DNA of 58,575 nt, counting the filler, from Sphacelaria rigidula (lineage: Eukaryota): assembly GCA_964200075.2 (NCBI GenBank). It is 9 parts of 9 records of this genome, joined end to end, with 100 filler letters (N's around TTAATTAATTAA, not from the genome) between each part and the next. Parts side by side here need not be neighbours in the genome. Positions count along the whole stretch, not along the records: positions 26,081 to 32,500 come from CAXNAA020020185.1; positions 32,601 to 39,019 come from CAXNAA020020186.1; 7 more parts are not named here. One strand, 5' to 3'. The position numbers and the translations under genes were made by a program. Below are positions 26,411 through 38,850 of the stretch, one piece after another; the stretch's first letter is position 1; the number at the start of each line of letters is the position of its first letter. The notes under the pieces are model-generated. The model saw nothing but the letters and a program-made list of their open reading frames with translations. It was not told where the DNA came from and did not search any database.

Positions 26411-26892
26411 CCCTTCAAGGGTTGGCGTCGGCTGGCAACGACGCTGTAAAAATACGCCAACCACTGCGTAAGCTGGGCAACCAGATCACCCTTTTTGCTT
26501 GCGTTTTCTTGCGGCAACTATGATGGTGATTGAGCTACATCATATTGTGCAGGGTGCAGAACCCTAACTCTGCGCAAAGAGATGATCGTATTACGTATTT
26601 TGTTTATGTGGTGAGACACCCACGAGGCAGACCCGTGGCTGTTTCTGGAAGTGGAGATGACAGAAAAAGAAGCAACTCATTCGAGGCTGTCATCCACACG
26701 CAAGATCATTAGTACGCTTCGGACTGAACAATCTAAAGGGGATGAAGCTCACCCGTCATCGACTCGCCAAACACACCACGGTGCTTCACGCTTGGTGATT
26801 GCGGGCCTGGTCCGACGAAAACACTTTGCAGTGATGCGAAGTCGATGGTCTCATGACTACGGCATGCAAGATCATGAGTACAGCCCCCCCCT
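26411..26892 (+). mobile_element. SINE-like element, near full length, with C-rich tail
   Basis: Colinear with 40201-40712 and 57565-58089; ends GACTACGGCATGCAAGATCATGAGTACAG(C)n. Confidence 0.85.
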
Positions 26893-27035
26893 ACCCCATC
26901 TCCGTCGAAAAAAGCCACACTAGATCATGTCTCATATACCGCGGTTTTCAAATACTCTACAGAGGAAAGACCTGGTTATGTTGTGAAGGTGCTCTACACG
27001 TAATGCTAACCCCAGCCTTATTTCAACACGAGCAG

Positions 27036-27236
27036 GAGGCATTCGGTAGATTTGCAGAAGAAATGGTGGGAGCGCAAGCCGAGGCCGCACGACCGCGTCT
27101 CTTGGAAGCATTCCAGGCTCTACACGCCTGTCACGCCGCCTGCAAAGGTGGCATGGACCGAGCAGGGCGGCGCCGTTTCGCGAGTGGGATGCGGGAGTTC
27201 GTCACCTGTGTCCGCTCTCTACTACACACGCAGTGA
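27036..27236 (+). CDS. XPO4: Terminal exon of exportin-4
   Basis: Branch point TGCTAAC (27004) and CAG acceptor; EAFGRFAEEMVGAQAEAARPRLLEAFQAL...MDRAGRRRFASGMREFVTCVRSLLHTQ* fits the XPO4 C-terminal pattern RL..AF..L...DR....F.....F...V...L (recognised from memory). Confidence 0.75.
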   Translation, partial: EAFGRFAEEMVGAQAEAARPRLLEAFQALHACHAACKGGMDRAGRRRFASGMREFVTCVRSLLHTQ

Positions 27237-29388
27237 GGCTTTGCACCTCTCCATGGTTGCAAAGGAATATGGAGAATATGCACGACGGGTTGTCATCAAA
27301 AACGTGATCGGTTGACTTTTTTCATTTGCAGTTGACGGGGTCTCGTTGTTGACAGGTTTTCTCAAGAGGCTTATGGTTTACCATGGTAATTTGTTTTTAT
27401 TTTTTCTCCCGGTATTGGGGACGGCGGTCAGGGTTGGAGGCGGGGGGCGACGGGAGTAAATTAGTTATGGCTCTGTTGTTTTTTTCTGTATTGCGTAGAT
27501 TTTTTCCCAGTTTGGATCTCGCGGCGTTCTTATTTCTGTACGGTGTAGTGGCTTTGTGGTGGGTTCACTCTGTAAAAGATGTTTTTGTACTGTACGAGGT
27601 ATGGAGGAATAATGCAATGACCTTTGGTTCGTGAGGTGCGATGGGGAGTGTTCTTTCGTGACGACGGGGTTGTGCTACCTCAGAAGCGGCGATGGTGCAG
27701 CATTGCTGTTCAGTAATCTACGGGGTTACAGATGAAACTTGGAGACCGTACACGCGTCGCTATTTGTTTCGCAAGCGCTCTGAAAGCTCCCTTAATCGAA
27801 GACGCAGCAGCGGAAACAAACCCATACCGGCACATTTGGGAACAGCACCCAAGGTACCTCCTGAGCCAAGTCAGTCACTCGAATCGCGACTGACGTGAGT
27901 GGCCTGTAACGACCAACCTACGCTCCGATTGGCCTATATCCAACAAATAATACCTATCCAATTGCCAAAGTTCGGGGGGAGGGGGGGTGGGGGGTGGGGT
28001 ATATATACCCCCCATTTCTAAAGCTCCGCTAGGAGACTGGGTCTGTCACCAGTTTGGAAATAAGTGTGTCGATTTATTGACGTTGACCACCACATGATCG
28101 ATTGACTCTCAAGAGGCGATTCCAGCTCACGATGCGAATCTCGCGTCACTCAATATATCTCTGTGGAGGCAAGATCATATCGGGAGCTCTACCAATCTCA
28201 GCTGGCAGTACGAATCTCGCGCTCCTCGATGTATCTGTGAAGCCAAAATGATCTGTTGAGCCCTCCTCTGTCTTTCAAACAGCCAATGTCTCCTGCTGCA
28301 TGCAGAAATCGATGTCTTTAAATTTGCGGTAGATGATGCTGAACTAAACACCAACCTGCTACGAGTTGGTCTGGCCTAGACGCGAAGGAGACCTGTTTGA
28401 CAAGCGGTCGACTTTTTTTCTCTCTTTCGAGCAATCAGGCCTAAGGAATCGTGGATTTGGCTACTCGAACCGGCAATGATTCGACCGAACCGTGGTAGGT
28501 TTTATCTAAATTACCATGACAGTAGCGTTGTACAATATATCAACCATCAAATCACGGTTGATTTTGATTTAAAAGTTAATTAGATTTATATCAACAATCA
28601 CGTCAACGCCTCGCTGATTAGTTGATCTATATAATCTAATCAGCTTGAATCAATCAAGTCAAAATAACTTGATTTAATGATGATAATAAGTTGATCCCTT
28701 CCAGGAAGAAGGGAGGCGTTTGTGTCGTGTAACGTTTTTTTTTGCCTGCGGCGCAACCATCGATCGACGAATATGTCTACTCATCGACTCGTTAGTATTG
28801 AAATATCGGACTACCGTGGTATCGCGGGTGTCGTGGGTATGGCATTTTAAAATACCCGATTGGACCGGTATCGGTAGGGTATGAGATGTCCCAAATAGCG
28901 GTACGGGGTACCTACCGCACCTACGGTGCCTGTGCTGTATTTCGTGGATTGAGGTGGGGTGATGCTCACGATTCGTCGTCACTGGGAAACGTTGTCGTCT
29001 CATGTTCACTGATCTAGCTCCATATAGTTTCGCTGGTCAGACTAATTACGGACGTTCGGTCGGCGGAGCTTTCGCGACGACGCATTTGCGCGGCACTGTC
29101 TGTAGTAAGCGCAAGCAAGGTCAGCTCACGCCCAAAACCGGCAGCTGCTCCCGTTCTGTATTATTCTAGTTCGAAGTACATACTTCGTACCCGCGGTCGA
29201 AAGCCCTGTAGTGTAGAATATTTCACGAAGTGTTTTGCACAGCCCACTGTGACAAAATCTACGCCAAGTAAGAGTCCACGTGGACCTGTCACACGAAACG
29301 AAGATAAGAACCTCGTGTGTGCACAGAGCAGCTGCAAAATCGCTACAGAAGTCGTAAAATCTGCCAATGTCGCCCATGAGGCACCTCA

Positions 29389-29717
29389 CACACGCGGCCA
29401 TTTGGCTACCCCCCTAAATGCCTCCGGAGGGATGCGTGGCCCTCCAGAGGCAAAGAAGCCTCCGCAGGCTTCCAATCCCTCTGGAGGAAACAAACCTCTA
29501 CCGACCTGGAGGGCCGCGCACTCCTCCGGAGGAATTTGGGGCATGCGCGGCCCTCCGGAGGCAAAAACAAGCCTCCGGAGGCGTTAATCCATCTGGAGGA
29601 AACGAAAAATCTCCTCTGGAGGGCCGCGTACACCTCCGGGGGCGTTCAACTCCTCTGGAGACTCGAAAAGTTGACCGACCTGGAGCAGTTTTGGGGGTAG
29701 CCAAATGGCCGCGTGTG
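29389..29717. mobile_element. CMC/CACTA-like MITE filled with palindromic CCTCCGGAGG motifs
   Basis: Perfect 25-bp TIR CACACGCGGCCATTTGGCTACCCCC; CA dinucleotide on both flanks (possible 2-bp TSD). Confidence 0.85.
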
Positions 29718-29810
29718 CATACTGAATGAAAAACGCTGGAGTGCCCCGCAATTTGTTTTTTCCGTGACAGTTTTGGGGGCTGATATGGGAGTCGCCTGTC
29801 GCAGAATGAC

Positions 29811-29930
29811 TGTGTGTGTTGTCATCCCATCTATTCTGGACGCCAGTCTATACCTGCTGGTATATGTGGGCACACCAGCCGGGGTATCACAGGATGAGGG
29901 CCAACACAGGACTTCTTGTCCTTTTTCATT
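29811..29930 (+). repeat. Short dispersed repeat; inverted copy at ~39325-39435
   Basis: TGTGTGTGTTGTC.TCCCAT.TATTCTGGA.GCC...TATGTGGGCACA.CAGCCGGGGT...GGCCAACA.AGGA in both. Confidence 0.8.
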
Positions 29931-29943
29931 TGTTCGAGTTCTC

Positions 29944-30448
29944 GAGTAATATTACAGTAGGGGTGCACTTTTTTCGCGAAATCTTGTCTGAGGCCTTCCC
30001 TCGCTGTGTTATTGGACCGGTGACATGTCTCATGAATCGCACATACTTGGTCGCAGAGTATCGCACACACCTCCAATTCAGCCCGGTTTATGCCTGTATT
30101 TTTTGGGGGGGGGTAATCGCGGCATTACTGTGGTCTCCATCCGGTACCCGAGTGATGCTAAGATAGGTTTGCACTTTTTGGGCTAAAATGTTACTCGGGG
30201 TGTTGCACGGATAATTTTGAAGATCGGCATCATTTTCCCTTGAAGAAGACTAAAAATGCTGCCGATTCATGAAAAGGCCCCTGTGCGCATCTCCGTGTCC
30301 TGTCCCCGGAGATTTGGGTTGCACAGTAAGCCCCATATATTAAGGCTCCTACAAAAAGGAGACCCAGAAACAAAAAGTGAAACCCCTATCGTAGCATCAC
30401 TCACCCCTACCCAGAAACATTTTGTGCACCCCTACCGCAGCATTACTC
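29944..30448. mobile_element. hAT-like MITE (same family as 11204-11477), internally compound
   Basis: GAGTAATATTACAGTAGGGGTGCAC / GTGCACCCCTACCGCAGCATTACTC; extra TIR-like pieces at ~30151 and ~30383. Confidence 0.7.
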
Positions 30449-32600
30449 TCTTCACCTTCGTTCTGCGGTACTTGCCATATTTTTTTCATCCAGAGAGAGT
30501 TCAGCACTCCCTTTCCCTCGTCGACCATGAACTCGCTTTTTCTTTCATGCCTCATGTAAGGCATATCATAATTCGAATTCGAATGGATTCAACTATTTTC
30601 GTTCGTTTTCCTCGTGAACTTCGGTCACTTCTTTCGCATCCATGGTGTGACATTTGGAAAAAAGTAGCTCGTGAAGCCCGAAATTTTCATGTGTGCAATT
30701 CCGGTCGGCTGAAAGAAAACGGCCGTCGACCGGGCCGGGTTGTGCAGCGATTCCAAGCGGGGCTTGCAATGCACGTGGATCAAGGTTACCGATGGTGTAG
30801 TAGACGTATCCAAAAATCATACACCATTGTTCCTGTCACATCCGTACGTCCCTGAAGCACATATACTGACCGTACGAAACATTCGGACACCAACTTGCAA
30901 CGTACCGGCACACAGACGGTAGCATTGACCATTTCAAGTGTAAACGTCGAGAAGCATCTTCGTGCAATCTGGCTACTACTTTCGTTTTTTTTCCAGACAG
31001 GTTTGAGGCGTACGTGTTCCATATTTGAGAGTGCTTCGAAGTAAAATACAGGGGTAGTGCAGGAAGACGGGATGCTTGAGTACCGATGCAGCAGGCTAAG
31101 CTAAAATATTGAACATGAGACTGCTGTGCTGCTGCTGTGGGCTTGCGTATGCGTGCTCGTGTGCTCTACATTGCCACACGACAAAGTTCAGCCGATTTTT
31201 GGCTTGTGTGCTGTTAAAATTCTACCGAAAATAATCAACTTATCAAGTTTGTAGATAGAATTGACGTGTTGTTGATTAGTTGATTAAATGAACTCATCAT
31301 TTATTCCGATTTGGAAGGAACAATCAAGTATCAAATCAACCCCTAAAAATAGCTGATATAATACAACCCTGTATGACAGCCAAGTGACAGCTGTTTCGTT
31401 CTTTCCTCCGTCAACCGGAACAATAATGTAAATCCGATTGTGCATAATCGGATTCGTACTTGACTGCAATCCGACTGGCTAAAAGTTGCATATTGTAAGA
31501 ATTCGCCCCGATCCACAAGCCTCAGATCCCGCTACGCTCTGACCCTCCACTATGCTCCTCTTGTGAAATTGAAACATATATAGATTTCGCAGTATGAATT
31601 TCATCCCGGTACGCGTCAGTTCTGTAAGATTTGTGAAGACTCTCACACCTTAACCCTACGAAAAAAACAGCGTTATTGTAAGGGCTGTTAACAATCAGCT
31701 CTGTTCAGTTCGGTCGATACTGGCCGCGCCAGTTGCCAGTACATCGATTTTTTTCCAGTTAATCGCCCCTCCCGGCTGGTGGGGGGTGCCGCGCAGGAGC
31801 GCCGCCCGAGGCAGAAGAAATGATGGTATTTGACCTATTTTCTCTGCAGATATCGTGAATAGTTGTGAAAAATGCAGAACAACTAGGTACCAACGAAGTT
31901 TGTGGTACCTGTGCTGCTGTAGACTGCAGACTTCAATCGTACAGTCTAATCATATAAAGTGTTTCTTTGTGATAAACTCCACATAATAAAACTAATATAA
32001 AATACTTGGTAACGACAAGCGGCACAACACCTCCAGATGAACGGGACAACTGGCGCTCTCGTAACCATTTCCAGTTTGACTCCAGTTACAATGAAGATAC
32101 ACAGTATTTACTGGTCCGGTTACCAGTCAATTTAATGCATGTGTTCGGTGTACTTTCCCGCAGGAGTTGACATCACTCATTTTCAACCCACGATTCAACA
32201 CACGTGGGGAACGGGGCGCTAGAAGGAGACTCTCACGTTCTTTGTGTTAACGCAATACAACACACTCCTCCATACTGTACTTGCTTGTATAGAATACCAC
32301 AGTTACTAAGAAGCCGGTAGTTTTCCCACTGTAAGTTCATCGAGGAGTAACCTGATCACCGAAAGCAGTCTATCTTCCCACTCCCTTCCTTTTCCACCTA
32401 CTTGACATCGTTGATTTCAACACCCGTTAACAGCCGATCCTAATTTTTGGGGTTGAAACGTAATATGAGGTTGAAGTCCCATCCCTCCATTGCAGGGAAG
32501 NNNNNNNNNNNNNNNNNNNNNNNNNNNNNNNNNNNNNNNNNNNNTTAATTAATTAANNNNNNNNNNNNNNNNNNNNNNNNNNNNNNNNNNNNNNNNNNNN

Positions 32601-33075
32601 CAGGCTCGCACTCAAACCACCAAGCGCGAAGCGCCGTGGCGTGTTCGGGGAGTGACATGAAGGGTGAGCTGCATCCTGCTGAGATTGTTCAGCCCGACGC
32701 CTACTGGTTAGCTTGCATATGGATGACAGCCTACAATGGAGTTGCTTTATTATCTGGTATCACCACTTCCAGAGACAATCCCGGCTTATACACTGTCTCA
32801 TGGGTGTCTCGACATTGAAACACTACGTAGTACGATCATCCCCATTGTGCGGAGTTGAGGTTCTCCCTCGCCGCACAAGATGATCTAGCTCGACTACCAC
32901 CATAGTTACCGCAAAAAAAACCAAGAGCGAAAACAAAATCGGTAACCTGGTTGCCTAGCGTACGCAGTGAGTGGCGTGTTTTATAGCGTCATCGCCAACC
33001 GACGCCAACCCCATCGGGGGTCCGCCCCTTCAAAGCCGAAACGGAGTGCGCCGGGTTCTCGCCGAACCAGGCTGA
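32601..33075 (-). mobile_element. SINE-like element, copy starting with the GCCTGG module
   Basis: Reverse complement colinear with 26411-26810 and 12678-12853. Confidence 0.85.
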
Positions 33076-33315
33076 ATGTAGGGTGTGGGGTGATCTCTTA
33101 GCAACTCTGCAAAACGGACAATCTTCGTGTTTCATTGTGTTGTAAGATCAGTGCAATTTTCCTGACTTGTAACCAAGTCCGTTCATTTTTTCCAACTGTC
33201 GCCGTATCCTTACTCCGAGTGCAGCCAGAAGAAAATCACCACTTGAGTTAGCTTGAACTCACAGTGGTGAAGACGTAGAGCAGCTTGAGAACTCAAATTC
33301 AACCGCGGGATATAT

Positions 33316-33405
33316 GCTTCGTCTCAAGAGGGATGCGTGGTCAATGGTCAGACGAGTACGGGGAGCAACAAATGAGTACGACCCCCTCCCCTCCCCCCTC
33401 CCCCC
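33316..33405 (+). mobile_element. 5'-truncated LINE 3' tail; others at 38948-39019 (-) and ~58198-58275 (+)
   Basis: AGGGATGCGTGGTCAATGGTCA...GCAACAAATGAGTA plus C-rich tract, matching 51625-51695. Confidence 0.8.
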
Positions 33406-33496
33406 GCGCGCTGCACATTTGGGCTACAGCACAAGCTGTGGTGAGGTGCTGACTTTGAGATGTATGGATGTATGGTTCTTCTTGCGAACACCAACT

Positions 33497-34003
33497 TTAA
33501 ACACCCGCCTGCCTCTGTTGCTCCTTCCTTCTCGCAGCAGCCGCCAACGCCTCAGCCACCGCTGTCCGGGCATCAGCTTTCTCACGCCAATTAGCTTCCT
33601 CCTTCGCGACCTCCAGGGCATCCGCGACATCCTTCTCAGCCTTTCCGACGACGACCCCAATCGCAGCGCTCGCCGCGACCTCCGCCGTCGCTCGCCCTTT
33701 CCGAACCCCGAGCGCGCAAGCTCGCGCCGCCACGCGAAGCATCCGACCGACTCCCGGGGTGATTACCGCCCCTCCGCCACTGTCTGTCTGCGTGGCGCGC
33801 GGTTGCATCTCAACGGCCGGCGATGGAGGAGGTGCAATCACCGCGAGGGACTGTGCGGCTGCCGCTGCCACTTGCTGATTGGCGTATTTGCTTGCTTGTT
33901 CGGCGGGTCCTGCGTGTCGTGGCACGGAGTCTAGGGCAGCAGCGACGGCCGTGTGGGCGGCGATAGTGTTGGAATAATCTTGACGTAATGTCGCCAGGGC
34001 CGC
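33497..34003 (-). CDS. Coiled-coil/Ala-rich protein, most 3' visible exon (3' boundary uncertain)
   Basis: GTACAG acceptor, phase 0; AALATLRQDYSNT...AEKDVADALEVAKEEANWREKADARTAVAEALAAAARRKEQQ. Confidence 0.7.
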   Translation of the reverse strand, partial: AALATLRQDYSNTIAAHTAVAAALDSVPRHAGPAEQASKYANQQVAAAAAQSLAVIAPPPSPAVEMQPRATQTDSGGGAVITPGVGRMLRVAARACALGVRKGRATAEVAASAAIGVVVGKAEKDVADALEVAKEEANWREKADARTAVAEALAAAARRKEQQRQAGV

Positions 34004-34732
34004 CTGTACAGGCAGTTGACGGGGGCGGATGCGCACAGACGGAAGTCTTGGGTGCGGTGAAATAAAGGCGTACGGCATGGCTATTGATAGCCCAGGTACG
34101 TCTCTTTCAGGCGTTGCAAGTATGCCTTGGCGAGGGGTTGTGACCAGTCACAATGCGGTAGAGCTCCCCCTGTCTCTTCTTATTCATCTCTTCAACCTCC
34201 CTGCCTCATGCCGTGAATTCTCTCAGTGTCAGAGGATCATCCCTGGTCTCCCACGGTACAGTACTTGCCTTTCACAAAAAAATATCAAGTATTGAATAAG
34301 CAAGCCTACCGTCCATCGGCTTCTGCTAATCTTGTCCCATCACGAACGCACGTTGTCGTATTTTTGTCCCATCACGAAAATGCCAGACTCGGCAGCGATT
34401 ATATATATATACACAGTAGGACTCGCATAAATGGAACGTTTTATGCCATAAAACATTCACGTAGTTTGCATTCGCAAAAGGTTACCAGACGTGTCGTAAA
34501 GGAGCACAGAAAATGCTGTGACCCCCTCAGAAACAAGCAATGTATGATCTGCTGCAACTCCGAGGCGATTGTGCCGTCGACCATGATTCATGTCGGCGCC
34601 ATTTTGCTGAAGTGCCATTCGTACGACACGAGAAAGAGCTCACATAGCAACACGAACGTGTGCATGGAGTGAAAGATATGTATTGGCAACCTAATGGATT
34701 CAGCGCTGTGCGAATAACTCAAATGTGCTCAC

Positions 34733-34831
34733 ATTTGCCTGATCGAGTTCGGCCCTGAGATTCAGCGACTCAGTCTCTTCCAGCCTCAGCGCTTCCCTGA
34801 CCGCATCCAGATGGTCTCCTGCTTGTTGTTC
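34733..34831 (-). CDS. Coiled-coil protein exon
   Basis: TGCAG/GTGAGC; 99 nt, phase 0-0; EQQAGDHLDAVREALRLEETESLNLRAELDQAN. Confidence 0.8.
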
Positions 34832-35563
34832 CTGCACCACAACACGGATATCGGGACAGCATGAAAAAACAGTGACAGTATGTGCGATGGATGCGGCCTT
34901 GGTCGAGTAGGTGCACCCTTTCCAACAGCGCTTCGATATATCGATGGTGCATGGTGCATTAATTTTTGTTCGTGACTCTCCTCCAACGTGCACCATGACC
35001 CTTGCACAATAAAGGGCACCACGTTTTGCTTGATAGGTATACCACAGGGGACCTGTCATCACCTCGTGATCGCGCGGGCTTTGTTAGACGACAGTTGCAG
35101 GACCCACCACCGGGCTCGTATCAGCCGACCAAATAAAACACATATTCCAGAAAATCAGGCCAGGGGGGAAGAGTGACGAGGAACTGCGTCCATCGTTCAT
35201 TCCGTGACATGTCCGTTCTTATCGGAAAAAATATTGCTTGAAGAGTGTTCGCGTCAACACAATTCTACTTCTAAATTTTTAGTATATCTCGTATATAGCT
35301 AACAACAATGAACCCCCTGTCTCGGAGCCCGATTCCATGACATCAACGCCTCCACAACCAAACTTCCAGTCCAAGTTTTTCTATCTTGAGAAAGCATTAC
35401 CAGAGTAAATGTGAAATCTGTACAAACCCTTAGACTTGGCCGTTTGCTGCCCATCAGGAACTAGGCTACATCCCTCGGGATAAGAGAATCCTGGGCTAGG
35501 AATTCCTTTATTTTCATCTATCCGCAAGGCGGTCATGGTCCATTTTCTCTCTCAACTACCCAC

Positions 35564-35756
35564 CCTTTCAAGGGCCAGCGCCGCGGCCATCCTTTGTTTC
35601 TCTTTCAGCAATCTCTGCTCGGTCTCGGCTGATTTCAGCCGCTTGCGGAACACCTCTACAGGCCACTGGGCCTCACGCAGCTCCTGTTTGGTTTGACGCA
35701 AAGCCTCTCGAAGCGATGACGCCTCTTTGGTGAGCTCCGCTGCTCTGGTCGCCTCT
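35564..35756 (-). CDS. Coiled-coil protein exon
   Basis: GCAG/GTGGGT; 193 nt, phase 2-0, consistent with neighbours; EATRAAELTKEASSLREALRQTKQELREAQW...KEKQRMAAALALER. Confidence 0.8.
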
Positions 35757-36272
35757 CTGCCTTGTGATCAACACAAAAATGAGAACGATTACAAGGCGGG
35801 AGGAGGAACGAGTCGGTAAGCGTTAACACATTCGTCTTTAGACGCGTATAGCTACTTGGAAAATGCTTGCCCGGACGAACAAATTGACTCTGAACATTGA
35901 GAGTAGAAGAGAGTACAGGGACTACAGCCCGTGAATCGAACGGTGTAAGCTTACACTTGGGCAAAAATGTGTCCTGTATACCACACGATGAGTGCGAAAA
36001 TCCTGTCATATCCCCAGGTGAGAGAGAAAACACGCTTGGATCTTCGTCGACAAGACACCTCTTCCCTCGCAGCAATCGTGAATACCCGCATTGCTGTCCT
36101 TCGAGCAGCCGGTGACAAGCGACCCTGTGTGTTGTCTCATTGTCTACCCCAACACTTTACACCATGGAGCAATTGAATCGAGTGCTACACTGTACTGCCA
36201 TTCCGAGGGCACGGCATGCCTGTCCTGTCCCCCAAATCCCAAGACACGGCCGGCCGTGGCTGACCTGCTCAC

Positions 36273-36409
36273 CCTCGGGCATAGGCACTGGTGCGGATGA
36301 GTTCTTCCTTGAGGGATTCCGATTGCTCCTCTGCTGCGTGCAGACGGCGACGGGAGGCTTCGGCGGCTGCTTGCTTGGCATGCTCGAACTCCACGCGTAG
36401 ACGAGCCAT
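36273..36409 (-). CDS. Coiled-coil protein exon
   Basis: TGTAG/GTGAGC; 137 nt, phase 0-2; MARLRVEFEHAKQAAAEASRRRLHAAEEQSESLKEELIRTSAYAR. Confidence 0.8.
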
Positions 36410-38729
36410 CTACATTTGACAAGCAACGAAACGAAGGGGGAAAAAAAATAGAACAAATGTTGCGTGATGAGTTACGCCTTAATATCCATGCTTTGTTACG
36501 TTATCCTTGGGCTGGCTCAAGGTGGCTGACCGGTGGGGGATATGTAAGTTGATTCAAGCTGCATGAATAAACAGTGGGAAACACGCGTTGCAAAGCTCAT
36601 GAGCGACCTCAATTTATCTTCCTCATAGTGTAGTAATCCGGATCATCTCATGTGGCCCCTTTCCCCCCCCCCCATATTTTCTCCCTACACCGCTGGACGC
36701 CGAGCACGCGGAGAGGCGCAAAAGTAGTGCTTTGGCTTCCGCATCTTCCATAAGTCCCCCATGAAGAGCCGCCTACAGTAGATAGGACAAAAACAGGTCA
36801 TTAGCTATAGTAGAATCAAGTGGCTATTGATGATATACCACCACGTAGTTGATCTCCACGCTGGAAGCGAGCAGTTGATCCCCAGACTACAACCAAGTAC
36901 CATTGTCACGTGTTTCGTGTTTTTGGACAACGGGTCTGAGAGTCTTTCTCGAGTTGTTATTTCACTTAATCGTAGCTCGTGATCTGTTCGATGAGTGAGA
37001 CCTTTTGCGCAGTCTCAAGTCTGTGTTGGTGCATCACTGTGAAGCAAAATGCTGAGTACCATGGTTTTTTCGCGACAACATGTCCCAGACTCGGAGGCCA
37101 CACTTGATGGGAACCGATTTAGTATATGTTAGTGCTATTGGCCTCTTTCGTTCTGGTGTTCGCGGAGTGGAAGAACGGTACTCTGCAAGAACTCATAAAT
37201 TTCGATAACGTGCCGTTTCTTGAATGATTCGAATAGTGCCATTCAGTGTTCGCTTGATGATTCGAAAACGGTGTTCGTATGACAAGCTGCCCTGCAGTTA
37301 TTGTAGAGCCGGTCATACTCGACAGCGGACGCCAAGCGCGCATCCCTTCATAGTAAGGATAGATCTGCGGTTTGAACCACTTAAACTCGACACCTTTGAA
37401 ATCCACCGAAAAAAAAATTGGCAGAGGGATACGTGTCCCCATCCGTACAATTAAAGCGGTTGTTGTTCATGTCTACTTTCGGAACGGGAAGCCCTGAAGC
37501 CAAAGAGCAGAGCTTCATTGATAGGCTGTTGTGTGTACCTTACTACTGAGGATGTTACACGAAAATAGCTGCATGGACGCCCATACCGTCCTCATCTCTC
37601 GGTATTTCGGGCGACATTTTCATCAAAGAAGGTACCCGTAAGCGTTCAGTTAAACGACCACATGAAACGTGCCACAACCGCAAAACTGTATGTGCTTTCG
37701 ATTTCATCACATTTTCACCTTGTGGTGTACTTCCACGACAAGCTGATTGCGGCCTTGTGCGGCATCCTTGAGTAAAGAGGCCTCATGCACACTGCGGGAC
37801 AACTCCTTTACCAACCACTCGCGGCCATTTTTTCCCGACCCATCGGCCTCGAGCAGGCGATCGGTGGCTTGCTCCAGCCGCGCCTAAATCCCGAAAACAT
37901 GACACAGCATTGAGGACGAGGGGCGAAAATCTCACTCTTGTAGGAAATGCGTAGTCTTCGGAGGCAAGAAAATCGAGCACTGGATACACACACTAAGAGC
38001 AACGATACCAACAAACGCAGCACGTCTGAAACACGCACACACGTCGTTGAGGAGCTACCAATGCACGAGCACCCCGTCTTACATGCGAATACCCCCGTTA
38101 CATGAGATTCTCAATCTCGACGACGAGCTCATCAACTACACCACCTTCGAGACACAGTTGGAAATGACGGCTTGGCGATTCGAACGCACTTCGCTATGGC
38201 CTGTTTTTATGCGCACATCAACAGCCCGTACTGTGTGCGCAAGCTGCACGGTATGACGTATTCAAGGGCGTGTCGGGCGAGGTACACCCGATACATATAT
38301 TGTGATATTTTGTAAAGTGGACATCCGACCCATGCCCACAGCAGCAGCCAGCACAGTACCGTTGTTCCCCTCTCTAACGCCCATACCAGTCATTATGACC
38401 GACTTGGGCAGGTAATGTGCCACTTTTGGGAATACCAAAAGAGAAAGTTTCGGAAAACGCTTCTTTGTTATATTCCAGAGTGCAAATATCTCGGGATCAG
38501 AGTATAGCGAAAAATTATTTCTCCTTCTGTCGAATGCGGTTGGTATTCCCTGAACGTTTTTTAGCTGAGGTGTTTTATTTTATTTTGCGATATTTGCACT
38601 CTGAGATGACAAAAAAAAAAAAAACGTTTTCCAAAACTCTCTAATGCTGGGTATACCCTAACCGACACGTCCTTAACCACATTTTTCTCGATGCTATCGT
38701 GTAGGAACGCGAGTGTAAGCATGCCGTGC

Positions 38730-38850
38730 CTCGGCGCTGAGGGCCCGGTCGAGCAACTCCTTATTGGCATTCCGCGCCGCCTCCAGATCCCCTTCCAGGT
38801 GCTCCAATACTTTCAGGCGTTGCAGGGCTAGATCCACGTGGCGATTACGC
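38730..38850 (-). CDS. Coiled-coil protein exon with probable GC donor
   Basis: TTTGTTTCCAG acceptor; RNRHVDLALQRLKVLEHLEGDLEAARNANKELLDRALSAE followed by GAG|GCACGG. Confidence 0.65.

Noticed and set aside
29420..29690. CRISPR-like array of short palindromes
   Set aside because: Repeats only 10 bp, spacers similar to each other, enclosed by TIRs, no cas genes, eukaryotic context
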